Notes: generated by a model from the letters alone, not told the origin. A DNA stretch of 56,297 bases from Bacteroidaceae bacterium (GCA_045647345.1 JAZRMG010000181.1:1-56297), one strand, 5' to 3'. Positions 41,296-50,125 are shown, numbered from the stretch's first letter. Numbers and translations: made by a program.

Positions 41296-43698
41296 ATGAT
41301 AAATTACGTCAACAACTCATTCGATAAAGTGCTGAAGCCGTGCGATGCTCAGCAATTTATGACCCTCACCCAAAGCGAGCAGACCGAGAAACTCATTCTC
41401 GGTCATCGCGCAGGGGAGAAGAATAGCAAGGCCAAGTTGCCTGCACTCACCTATATGGGCGTGCTCGACGAGGCCAAGTATAAGGAATATTTGAAGAAAT
41501 GCGAGGCGCAGGGCACCAAGCCGCTCGGCTCGCGTCGCATCGACTTCATGCGCCCCACGGGGCTCTTGATGCTCGACTTCGACCATGTACAGACCCCCTC
41601 CAACCTCCCCCTCTATGGGGAGGCTTCACAGGCATCGCGGACTATCATTGACTCTCCCGTGAAGTTGTGGGAGTATATCGTGAATGTTTATGATAATGTG
41701 GACTTGCCCCTTACTGAGTGGGTCTGTCTCGCCCACATCACGCCCAGCGGCGATGGCTTGCGTGTGGTAGTGAAGCGCACCGAGGGCACTACCATCGAGC
41801 AGGAGCAGTACGAATGGTGCAAGGCAATGAAACTCGATGCCGTAGGTATCAAGCCCGATGCCGCGTGCAAGGACATCTCGCGCCTGTCGTTCGCTCCCAT
41901 GCAGAAGGAAATCTTGTATTACAACCCCTCACTGCTCTTTGCCCCACTGCCCGAAGCGAAGGATTACCCCGATGGTTCCATCTTTGGAGTGTCTCCTGTC
42001 ATCCTGTGCAACGCGAAGGATCTCGCAGAGTGTAATGGTGAGAATGGCTTGCAAGGTCCCTGCGCGGGATCCTTCGCATCCGCTCAGGATGACACGAAGG
42101 GTGCGGTTTCTTTCCCCACAGACTACAATGGAGTGGAATATGAGGAGATTGTCCGTCGCCTCGAAGAACAGCTTGGCGGCCGCCCCGAGCATGGCGCGCG
42201 CAACTCGTTCATCTTCTCCATGGCCTGTAACCTGCGCTACATCTGCAATGACGATGCCGCATGGATAGCTCAGATACTCCCCACCTATGGCGAAGACCCG
42301 CAGAAGCAGCGCGCCACCATTCAGAGTGCTGTGAACCGCCCCATGAGTCGCACCATGCCCGAGACCATGAGTCGCGCCATCCGTATCGCCAAACTGGGAG
42401 CCGAGGTGGATAAATCAGAAATCAGAAATCATAAATCAGAATTGCCACCGGCAATGCCATCGGCTTTGCCGGAGCTAATGGAACTGCTCACCTCACGCAC
42501 GCCCGACAAGATGCGTGCTGCCGTGGCCATGAGTGTGTTCCCACCGCTCGGTGCTCACCTGCAGGATGTGAAGTTTACCTATTGGGATGGCCGCGACTAC
42601 GAACCCTCGTTTATGAATGTGCTCGCCGCTCCGCTCTCGGCAGGTAAGAGCGCCGTAAACATCCCCATCGACTATCTCATTGCCGACATCGAGGCGCGCG
42701 ACGAGGTGGCACGCGAGAAGGAGGCTGCGTGGAAGGAGCGCTGCGCCACACTGAAGACCACCGAGGATAAGCCTGCGCGTCCCAAGGGATTGAGCGTGCA
42801 AGTGCTCTCGTCGGATATGACCAATGCTGCCTTCGTGCAGCGACTCTCCGATGCCGAGGGTAAGTTCCTCTACACGCAGATGGACGAGATAGAACTGCTC
42901 AACGGCCTCAAGGCCAACGGCTCCTCTGACGTGGTGAGTGCCATCTTGCGACTCGCCTTCGACTGCGGCAAGTATGGTCAGGAGCGCGTGGCCTCGAACG
43001 CCATCAACGCCAAGGTGCGCGTGCGGTGGAACTGGAATGCCTCGACCACCATACAGCGCGTGCGCAAGTATTTTGCCAAGAACATTGCCGATGGTACCCT
43101 CTCGCGCCTCTCCTTCGCCACCATCATCAAGGACGAGGATGACTGGGGCGAGCAGCGCCCCAAGTTCGCGCAGTATGGGCAGCCCTTTGCCGATGCCCTG
43201 CAGCCCTATATCGACCGCCTGTGTACCTGCTCGGGTACGCTCGTGTGCCCCGAAGCCATCGCGTGGGCTGAGCAGATGTGTGATGAGCAGGTCGCCTATG
43301 CTCGCGAGATAGACGACCGCACCTATGCGCAGTTCTCGTTCCGCTCGGTGCTCATGGGCTTCTACCGCGCCATGCTGCTCTACATCGCCCACGGCATGCA
43401 GTGGTCGGGCGAGATTGCCGAGTTTGCCGCATGGAGCGTGCGCTACGACATGTGGTGCAAGATGCGTTTCTTCAGCGACATGATGCACAAGGATATGGAA
43501 GAGGAGCGCTCTGCCGTGCAGCGTGGCCCCGTATCACTGCTCGCCCTGCTGCCGCAGGAGTTTACCAAGCAGCAAGTGCAAGAGGTGCGCGTGGCGCAGG
43601 GGATGAGTCCGAATCCGAAAAATATGCTGAACTCTTGGAAGCAACGCGGATACATTGTTCTTGATCATGAGCGAGGCGTATATATGAAGTGTAAATAG
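41296..43698 (+). CDS. Primase-helicase-like replication protein (VirE/BT4734-type N-terminal domain, PriCT-like middle, DUF3987-type P-loop C-terminal domain)
   Basis: 800 aa from ATG 41296; the track ORF begins at GTG 41275, inside the upstream inverted repeat. The motifs are LPALTYMGV...GLLMLDFDHV...LAHITPSGDGLRVVVKR...DISRLSF, followed by the PriCT-like ARNSFIFSMACNLRY. Walker A is APLSAGKSAV (about 42630-42660) and the Walker B-like motif is FLYTQMDEIE. Confidence 0.8.
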   Translation: MINYVNNSFDKVLKPCDAQQFMTLTQSEQTEKLILGHRAGEKNSKAKLPALTYMGVLDEAKYKEYLKKCEAQGTKPLGSRRIDFMRPTGLLMLDFDHVQTPSNLPLYGEASQASRTIIDSPVKLWEYIVNVYDNVDLPLTEWVCLAHITPSGDGLRVVVKRTEGTTIEQEQYEWCKAMKLDAVGIKPDAACKDISRLSFAPMQKEILYYNPSLLFAPLPEAKDYPDGSIFGVSPVILCNAKDLAECNGENGLQGPCAGSFASAQDDTKGAVSFPTDYNGVEYEEIVRRLEEQLGGRPEHGARNSFIFSMACNLRYICNDDAAWIAQILPTYGEDPQKQRATIQSAVNRPMSRTMPETMSRAIRIAKLGAEVDKSEIRNHKSELPPAMPSALPELMELLTSRTPDKMRAAVAMSVFPPLGAHLQDVKFTYWDGRDYEPSFMNVLAAPLSAGKSAVNIPIDYLIADIEARDEVAREKEAAWKERCATLKTTEDKPARPKGLSVQVLSSDMTNAAFVQRLSDAEGKFLYTQMDEIELLNGLKANGSSDVVSAILRLAFDCGKYGQERVASNAINAKVRVRWNWNASTTIQRVRKYFAKNIADGTLSRLSFATIIKDEDDWGEQRPKFAQYGQPFADALQPYIDRLCTCSGTLVCPEAIAWAEQMCDEQVAYAREIDDRTYAQFSFRSVLMGFYRAMLLYIAHGMQWSGEIAEFAAWSVRYDMWCKMRFFSDMMHKDMEEERSAVQRGPVSLLALLPQEFTKQQVQEVRVAQGMSPNPKNMLNSWKQRGYIVLDHERGVYMKCK
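41998..42093. repeat. GTCATCC...GGATGAC hairpin element embedded in frame inside the primase-helicase CDS
   Basis: The sequence is gtcatcctgtgcaacgcgaaggatctcgca ... cgcgggatccttcgcatccgctcaggatgac. It is 96 nt long and translates as VILCNAKDLAECNGENGLQGPCAGSFASAQDD. Confidence 0.75.
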
Positions 43699-43737
43699 GT
43701 ATACAGATACAGTATACAGTTAATATGCTCTCAATAA

Positions 43738-43986
43738 ATGTGTATTATGCTAAACGTTCCTGCAATTATGGCGAGATTTGAGATTCTAACCTATGGCTAC
43801 GGCGAATTGGCCGAGGCGTATTACCCCGATAGGGAGTATAGCACCGCTGTCCGCCTCTTCCATAAAGACCTGCACTGCACGCGCGGCTTGTGGGGTGCCC
43901 TACAGAAGCAGGGCTACAAGGAGGGCGACCGCATCTTTACAAGGGCGCAAGTGAAGACTATAGTCAAGTACCTGGGCGACCCGTAA
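43738..43986 (+). CDS. DUF4248 domain-containing protein
   Basis: 82 aa or shorter from an internal Met. ELAEAYYPD...AVRLFHKDLHCTRGLWGALQKQGYKEGDRIFTRAQVKTIVKYLGDP matches my recollection of the DUF4248 C-terminal signature (...Q+..I+.+LGEP). In Bacteroides this family is usually found next to VirE/DUF3987 genes. Confidence 0.65.
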   Translation: MCIMLNVPAIMARFEILTYGYGELAEAYYPDREYSTAVRLFHKDLHCTRGLWGALQKQGYKEGDRIFTRAQVKTIVKYLGDP

Positions 43987-44139
43987 TATAAAGTTTGTAT
44001 ATTTGTTTTTAGAGATTTGTTTTGGGGTGCGCTCTGCTGTGAAGCAGGGCGCATCTTGCTACTATGAGCGGCAGCTACGGCAACCTGTATAAAAAAGTAA
44101 GTAACCAGGCATAGTCTTCGCCAAATCGAAAAATTAGCT

Positions 44140-44147
44140 TATCTTTG
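44140..44147 (+). promoter_or_regulatory. -7 promoter element TAtcTTTG upstream of the 44189 gene
   Basis: tatctttg lies 41 nt upstream of the ATG. Confidence 0.5.
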
Positions 44148-44188
44148 TCCCGTAATTTATTAACTTTTTAATCTGTTTTGACAAGGAC

Positions 44189-44929
44189 ATGAAGAAAAAC
44201 AATGTATTAGCTATTCTATGCGCTCTTCTTCTCGGGGGCTCTGTGGCTCCGCTTGGTGCGCAGGAGCGTGGTGACTGGTCTATGACCGTAGGTGCCGATG
44301 CCGTGAGCAGTTTCCTGTGGCGTGGATTTGATATGGCAGGACCAAGTGTTCAGCCCTCGGCCTACATTGACTATGAAGGTGAAGAGTGGTCGGTAAGTAT
44401 GGGTGCGTGGGGCAGCAAAGCGCTACAGAAGGGCGAATACAACGAGTGGGACCTCTCTGTGGAGGCTACGTGGCGCAACATCACGCTCTCGCTGGCCAAC
44501 TATCGTGAGTATTATGGTGCAGCATTTGATGATAACTACCTCGACCTGGGCCTCAGTGTCACACTGAGTGAAGATATCCCTGTCACCTTCTCGTGGTACT
44601 CTATCGTGAACCATCTTGATGGTGGCGTATGGGACGGTAGTGACCGCTTCCATTGGGCCGACGCCTTCCCCTCATACTTTGAGGTGAGCTACGACTTCTC
44701 CCTCTCGGTGGTCGACTGTACCGTGGCAGCCGGTGTGCTCCCCTTCGGGTCGGACTATTACGGCAACGATGCCTTTGGCGTATGTAACCTGGGTCTCAGT
44801 GCCGGGCACGAGTTTGAACTTAGGCATGGTGGCACGCTCCCCGTGGCTGCTCAGGTGATGTATAACCCCATGGGACGTGATTGCTTCTGGGGGGTAAGCG
44901 TGGGCTACTACTTCACGTGGGACTGGTAA
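44189..44929 (+). CDS. Outer-membrane beta-barrel protein, TorF-like putative porin
   Basis: 246 aa with a signal peptide (LLLGGSVAPLGAQ). It shows an alternating-hydrophobic beta-strand pattern, SSFLWRGFDMAGPSVQPSAYIDY, and an aromatic C-terminus (YYFTWDW). The family assignment is tentative. Confidence 0.6.
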   Translation: MKKNNVLAILCALLLGGSVAPLGAQERGDWSMTVGADAVSSFLWRGFDMAGPSVQPSAYIDYEGEEWSVSMGAWGSKALQKGEYNEWDLSVEATWRNITLSLANYREYYGAAFDDNYLDLGLSVTLSEDIPVTFSWYSIVNHLDGGVWDGSDRFHWADAFPSYFEVSYDFSLSVVDCTVAAGVLPFGSDYYGNDAFGVCNLGLSAGHEFELRHGGTLPVAAQVMYNPMGRDCFWGVSVGYYFTWDW

Positions 44930-44953
44930 GGGTCTAAAAAAAAAGAAAAGAAA

Positions 44954-44979
44954 AAGAGGGTGTGCAATTGCATACCCTC
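44954..44979. terminator. Bidirectional hairpin terminator between convergent genes
   Basis: The stem agagggtgtgc / gcataccctct has one wobble pair and the loop aatt. An A-run lies upstream and ttgctt downstream. Confidence 0.65.
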
Positions 44980-45000
44980 TTTGCTTGTATGTGTATAGGC

Positions 45001-45576
45001 TTATTGGGCCAGCAGGCTATCAATCGTAGCTACTAAATCGTTGAACTCAGGCTCCACGAATCGGCGGGTGAGCTTTACGATGCGGCCGTCGCGGTCGATG
45101 AGTACGTTGCGTGTGATGCCTGACTTGCGCAAGGCATAGCTGGCAAAGACGTCGCCTCGCTCGTCGAGAAGCATGGGGTAGGTGGTGCCCAGTTGAGCGG
45201 TGTATGCCTCGACCACTTCGGCGGGCTCCTCGCGGTCTACACCTACGAGCACAAAGCTTGTGTTGTCTTTATGGGGTTGCCATATGCGGCTCTCGATATG
45301 GGGCATCTCATTGCGGCAGATGCCACACCAACTGGCGGTGAACTGTAGCATCACGACCTTGCCGCGCAAGGACGAAAGTGTGAACTCTGTGCCGTCGGTG
45401 TACTTCAACGTGAAGTCGGGAGCCATATCACCTACCTTTACCAGATATTCGTGCTCGTACACGATCGTGTCTGTCGTTGTGACAGGCTCTGTAATGGGTG
45501 CATCGCTCTTCTTGTCGAGATTATTACATGCGGTGATCGTTGCGAGTGCCGCCATCAGTAATGCTGTCTTTTTCAT
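45001..45576 (-). CDS. TlpA/ResA-family thiol-disulfide oxidoreductase lipoprotein (thioredoxin fold)
   Basis: 191 aa with a lipobox (LATITAC) and the CxxC motif in FTASWCGICRNEMP. Confidence 0.85.
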   Translation of the reverse strand: MKKTALLMAALATITACNNLDKKSDAPITEPVTTTDTIVYEHEYLVKVGDMAPDFTLKYTDGTEFTLSSLRGKVVMLQFTASWCGICRNEMPHIESRIWQPHKDNTSFVLVGVDREEPAEVVEAYTAQLGTTYPMLLDERGDVFASYALRKSGITRNVLIDRDGRIVKLTRRFVEPEFNDLVATIDSLLAQ

Positions 45577-45749
45577 ACCTTATTATATATTGTCGGGGTT
45601 TGCGTGTTTGCGTTTCTGCGGCGAAATTAGTAAAAATATCGGTATCAGAGGCGTTTTTTGCACGAAAAAATGGTTTGTGGCAGTTAGGGGCCTTCCTTTT
45701 TATCATAGTGGTTGGAATTGATGAAGACGGGCAATTTTTTTTGTTCTAA

Positions 45750-45757
45750 TATTTTTG
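45750..45757 (+). promoter_or_regulatory. -7 promoter element TAttTTTG upstream of pepT
   Basis: tatttttg followed by ca, 37 nt upstream of ATG 45795. Confidence 0.5.
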
Positions 45758-45794
45758 CATCTGCTAAAGATGTTGTATCTTAGCGTCCATAAAT

Positions 45795-47027
45795 ATGGAA
45801 GATATGGATTTGATCAGTCGTTTTATGCGCTATGTGCGCGTCAATACAGAGTCGGCCGAAGATGCCGGAGTGACGCCCAGTACCCCGGGACAAATGGAGT
45901 TTGTGCAGATGTTGCGCACGGAACTGGAGGCTATGGGGCTCGAGGAGATTACCCTTGACGAGTATGGCTACCTGTTTGCCACCTTACCTGCCAATACCTC
46001 ACGTACGGTACCTACTGTCGGATTTATTGCTCACGTGGATACGAGTCCTGATGTGACAGGCAAGGATGTGAAGCCACGTATCGTGGAGAACTACAATGGC
46101 ACCGATATCGTGCTATCGACCGAGGAGCATACGGTGCTCTCGACGGAGGAGTTTCCCGAACTGCTGCGCTACGTGGGCAATGACCTCATCGTGACTGACG
46201 GACGTACGCTACTCGGTGCCGACGATAAGGCTGGTGTGGCCGAAATAGTGTCGGCCATCGCTTACCTGCAGGCACATCCCGAAATTGAGCATGGAAAGAT
46301 ACGCATAGGATTCAATCCTGACGAAGAGATCGGACTGGGAGCTCATAAGTTTGATGTGAAACTGTTTGGCTGCGACTGGGCTTATACAATGGACGGTGGC
46401 GAGGTAGGCGAACTGGAATATGAGAATTTCAATGCTGCTTCGGCTCGCATCACGATTAATGGACGCAACGTGCATCCTGGCTATGCTAAAGGCAAGATGC
46501 TCAACTCGATGCGTGTGGCTGCAGAGCTGATGGGTATGTTGCCTAAGAACGAAGTCCCCGAATGTACAGAGGGCTACGAAGGGTTCTACCACTTGGTGGG
46601 GCTGAAGGGTGGGGTAGAGCAGACCACACTCAGCTATATCATACGTGATCATAGCGCAGAGATATTCGCTAAGCGCAAGGACTTGATGCAGACGTGTGTG
46701 CAGCAACTCAACAAGAAATATGGTGCGGGTACCGCTACGATAGAGCTCACTACGCAGTATGCCAATATGCGTGAGGTGATAGAGCCGATGATGTATGTAG
46801 TCGATATCGCCTGTCAGGCTATGCGCGAGGTGGGAGTAGAGCCCAAGATTAAGCCTATACGTGGTGGCACGGACGGTGCGCAGCTCTCCTTCAAGGGGTT
46901 GCCTTGCCCTAACATCTTTGCTGGCGGTGTTAACTTCCATAGCCGTTATGAGTTTGTGCCAGTGCAGTCTATGGAAAAAGCTATGATGACCATCGTAAAG
47001 ATTGCCGAGATAGTGGGCAAGAGGTGA
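45795..47027 (+). CDS. pepT: Peptidase T (tripeptide aminopeptidase, M20B)
   Basis: 410 aa: [15 protein letters not shown]...[11 protein letters not shown]...[13 protein letters not shown]...NPDEEIG...[31 protein letters not shown]. The start may be the internal MDLISRF. Confidence 0.92.
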   Translation: MEDMDLISRFMRYVRVNTESAEDAGVTPSTPGQMEFVQMLRTELEAMGLEEITLDEYGYLFATLPANTSRTVPTVGFIAHVDTSPDVTGKDVKPRIVENYNGTDIVLSTEEHTVLSTEEFPELLRYVGNDLIVTDGRTLLGADDKAGVAEIVSAIAYLQAHPEIEHGKIRIGFNPDEEIGLGAHKFDVKLFGCDWAYTMDGGEVGELEYENFNAASARITINGRNVHPGYAKGKMLNSMRVAAELMGMLPKNEVPECTEGYEGFYHLVGLKGGVEQTTLSYIIRDHSAEIFAKRKDLMQTCVQQLNKKYGAGTATIELTTQYANMREVIEPMMYVVDIACQAMREVGVEPKIKPIRGGTDGAQLSFKGLPCPNIFAGGVNFHSRYEFVPVQSMEKAMMTIVKIAEIVGKR

Positions 47028-47088
47028 TGCCTTCTGACGGCTACCTGTGTGCTTGCAATATATTTTATAAACTCAAAAATGAAGAGAA

Positions 47089-47514
47089 ATGTATAGCGAT
47101 CCTAAAGATTGTCTCTATTGCCAGAACAATGAGACCCTTCACAATCTGATGATTGAAATCTGTCACCTCCGTGTGTCACGTCTTTTCCTGTTTAAGGAGC
47201 AGACCTATCACGGCCGTTGCCTTGTAGCGTATGACAAGCATGTGAACGACCTTAACGAGCTCTCTGATGAGGAACGTAATGCCTTCATGGCCGATGTGGC
47301 CCAGGCTACCCGTGCTATGCAGAAGGCTTTCAATCCGGAAAAGATCAACTATGGTGCTTATAGCGACAAACTCTGTCACTTGCACTTTCATCTAGCACCC
47401 AAGTATGTCGATGGTCCCGACTATGGAGGTACGTTCCAAATGAACCCTGGCAAGGTGTATCTCTCCGATGAGGAGTATGCCCAGCTTGTCGAGGCGGTAA
47501 AGGCTTGTTTGTAA
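47089..47514 (+). CDS. HIT-family (histidine triad) protein
   Basis: 141 aa with the histidine triad HLHFHLAP. Confidence 0.8.
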   Translation: MYSDPKDCLYCQNNETLHNLMIEICHLRVSRLFLFKEQTYHGRCLVAYDKHVNDLNELSDEERNAFMADVAQATRAMQKAFNPEKINYGAYSDKLCHLHFHLAPKYVDGPDYGGTFQMNPGKVYLSDEEYAQLVEAVKACL

Positions 47515-47543
47515 CAAGTGCGTTTGCTGAAAGAAGAAAAAAC

Positions 47544-47576
47544 AACTCCCGACTTTCACAATGGAAGTCGGGAGTT
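47544..47576. terminator. Bidirectional hairpin terminator between HIT and the S4-domain gene
   Basis: A perfect 12-bp stem, aactcccgactt / aagtcgggagtt, followed by ttct. Confidence 0.75.
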
Positions 47577-47601
47577 TTCTTATAGCATTGTAGGGTAAGG
47601 G

Positions 47602-48033
<432 letters not shown>

Positions 48034-48048
48034 GTGTTTAGTTCACCT

Positions 48049-48612
48049 TTAACCTTTCTTATTATACTGATTCATGGTGATGGTGATACCTGCGAGGCAG
48101 AAGCTCTTGACGATGTCGCACGCCGTGGGGAGCTGCTTCTCGATGATGGCCTCATCTTCGGCGCTGAACTTGCCGAGCACAAAGTCGGCCTGCGCACCAC
48201 GGGGAAAGTCGTTGCCGATACCGAACTTCAGTCGGGCATAGCCTTGACCGATGAGCTGGGCGATGTGCTTCAGTCCATTGTGGCCGCCATCGCTACCCTT
48301 GGCCCTCAGTCGCAGGGTGCCGGTGGGCAGTGAGAGGTCGTCGACCACTACGAGCAGGTTCTCGGTGGGGATGTTCTCTTTCTCCAGCCAATAGCGCACG
48401 GCATTGCCGCTGAGGTTCATGAAAGTGGTGGGCTTGAGCAGCACGATTTGGGCATTCTTGACACGCATTTGTGCCACGAAGCCGTAGCGCTTGTCCTCCC
48501 ACACGGCACCTGCAGCGCTGGCAAGGGCATCTACCACACGAAACCCTATGTTGTGACGTGTGCCGTCGTACTCATAGCCCGGGTTGCCGAGGCCTACGAT
48601 AAGGTATTTCAT
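48049..48612 (-). CDS. pth: Peptidyl-tRNA hydrolase
   Basis: 187 aa: [24 protein letters not shown] ... GGHNGLKHI. Confidence 0.95.
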   Translation of the reverse strand: MKYLIVGLGNPGYEYDGTRHNIGFRVVDALASAAGAVWEDKRYGFVAQMRVKNAQIVLLKPTTFMNLSGNAVRYWLEKENIPTENLLVVVDDLSLPTGTLRLRAKGSDGGHNGLKHIAQLIGQGYARLKFGIGNDFPRGAQADFVLGKFSAEDEAIIEKQLPTACDIVKSFCLAGITITMNQYNKKG

Positions 48613-48701
48613 CTGTTTCTTCCTTTTCTTATAAATGAAAGGGTTGAAAGCTGGGACCTACATCCGCAACCCTCAACCCTTAAGGTTTAATCACTCTCTG
48701 A

Positions 48702-49277
48702 TTACTTCTTGCCGTTGGCAGCCTCACGTGAAGCACGTGTAGCAGCTACGCTACATACAACGGTCTGAGCGGGAGTAACGAGCTCGAGACCCTCGAATGA
48801 GAGCTCACCTACCTTGATAGACTTGCCGAGGCCAAGCTCAGTTACGTCTACGGTCAACTTCTCGGGGATGTTAGCGTATACAGCCTTCACCTTGATCTTG
48901 CGGATAGCCTGCTGAAGCTTACCACCAAGCTTAACACCAGCTGCGAGACCAGTGAGAACGGTGGGAACCTCCATTACGATAGCCTTGTCCTCAACGATCT
49001 GGAGGAAGTCCATGTGAAGGATGGTATCCTTAACGGGGTGGAACTGGATGTCCTTCAATACAGCCTTGCACTCAACACCATCGATGGTGAGGTTTACTAC
49101 ATGGATGTCGGGAGTGTAAACGAGCTTGCGTACAGCGTCAGTGGTTACAGCGAAAGCCTTAGCCTCCTTCTCGATTCCGTACAGGATGCAAGGAATACCG
49201 TTGTTCTTACGGAGCTCGTTAGTGCTCTTCTTACCTACTTCAGTGCGTGAAGTACCTTTCAAATCAAATGATTTCAT
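48702..49277 (-). CDS. rplY: 50S ribosomal protein L25 / general stress protein Ctc
   Basis: 191 aa: RTEVGKKSTNELRKNNGIPCILYG ... VLKDIQFHPVKDTILHMDF. It lies upstream of pth, as in many bacteria. Confidence 0.92.
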   Translation of the reverse strand: MKSFDLKGTSRTEVGKKSTNELRKNNGIPCILYGIEKEAKAFAVTTDAVRKLVYTPDIHVVNLTIDGVECKAVLKDIQFHPVKDTILHMDFLQIVEDKAIVMEVPTVLTGLAAGVKLGGKLQQAIRKIKVKAVYANIPEKLTVDVTELGLGKSIKVGELSFEGLELVTPAQTVVCSVAATRASREAANGKK

Positions 49278-49381
49278 GTTTGTTTCTTTTTTTAATGTGT
49301 TACTCTAAATTAAGTTCTCTCTCAATTCGCCATCACACGATGTAAGAGCGCCTTCACGAGGTGCTCTACGAAAAGCGGGTG

Positions 49382-49389
49382 CAAAATTA
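49382..49389 (-). promoter_or_regulatory. -7 promoter element (TAatTTTG on minus strand) for rplY-pth
   Basis: Plus-strand caaaatta sits inside tgcaaaattagtgcaaaccgagcgaaa, about 104 nt upstream of ATG 49277. Confidence 0.45.
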
Positions 49390-49451
49390 GTGCAAACCGA
49401 GCGAAAATGCAAATTTATTTGCGATTTTCCGAGGTGCAGCCTAATTTCAGG

Positions 49452-49589
49452 CTACGAAGTAGGCTAAAGGTAGTGCAAACCGAGCGAAACCTTCAAGCTG
49501 CGAAGCAGATTAAAATTAGTGCAAACCGAGCGAAACCCACAGTCTGCGAAGTAGACTAAAGGTAGTGCACCAACGCATGAGCAAACAAG
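49452..49589. repeat. Three 46-bp tandem repeats containing the core TAGTGCAAACCGAGCGAAA
   Basis: The units start at 49452, 49498 and 49544; the third is diverged. A fourth copy of the core lies at 49388-49406. The core is the reverse complement of the tttcgctc..ttgcacta motif at 50462-50480, upstream of nusB. Confidence 0.8.
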
Positions 49590-49753
49590 AGTCAAGCTCG
49601 CTTGAACACTTCCGGCGAACGAGAAGAAAGAAAACAACGTTGATCAGCGTCAATAACGAAAAAGTGAAGAGTACAAGTGGAACGGTGCATGAAACTTCTT
49701 TGCAGCAACGTTCAATTCCGAAAGAGCGGAATTCTATGAGGCATTTCCAGGAA

Positions 49754-50125
49754 CTATTCGAAGTCGATTTTGATGTCGATGCCTTCGCTCAGTTCGCTCA
49801 ATGGCTCCTCGGTGAAATGCATATCGTTCTCAGACGTTGTCTCAGCCTGTATCGGATATCGGTAATCTTCAATCTGATTTTTTTGGATGTATCCGATGGC
49901 TTTGCTCAGTGCACCAATGAATTTTGTGAAGTCCTCTTGGTAGAGAAATATTTTGTGCTTTTCGAACGTATAGGGAGTGTCGGGTCCTTCGCCTGTGGCG
50001 ATTTTCTTGCTTTCTGTGATGGCTAAGAATAGTTCACCCTTTCTGTTGCGTTTTACGTCGAGGTAATAGATGCGCTTGCCGGCCTTGATGGCTTGTGAGT
50101 ATACGATGTCTTTTTCGTTATCCAT
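49754..50125 (-). CDS. PUR-alpha-like ssDNA/RNA-binding protein (DUF3276)
   Basis: 123 aa: VYSQAIKAGKRIYYLDVKRNRKGELFLAITESKK ... FEKHKIFLYQEDFTKFIGAL. This is the typical Bacteroidota PUR repeat pattern. Confidence 0.7.
   Translation of the reverse strand: MDNEKDIVYSQAIKAGKRIYYLDVKRNRKGELFLAITESKKIATGEGPDTPYTFEKHKIFLYQEDFTKFIGALSKAIGYIQKNQIEDYRYPIQAETTSENDMHFTEEPLSELSEGIDIKIDFE

Larger units (their letters stand above)
33691..43986. mobile_element. Integrase-less accessory island (cryptic mobile-element or phage-satellite-like remnant)
   Basis: It contains phage- and plasmid-type genes: antirepressor, S24 peptidase, M15 peptidase, primase-helicase, an HUH-Y1 protein and an HU-like protein. 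It is dense in repeats and its genes share a G-free leader style. It looks GC-richer than flanking housekeeping DNA by eye. No integrase, att repeats, structural genes or conjugation genes are visible, so the boundaries are approximate. Confidence 0.4.

Noticed and set aside
42493-43488. 331-aa minus-strand ORF inside the primase-helicase gene
   Set aside because: It is an antisense shadow ORF in GC-rich DNA. The + frame contains Walker A and B motifs and PriCT-like motifs.
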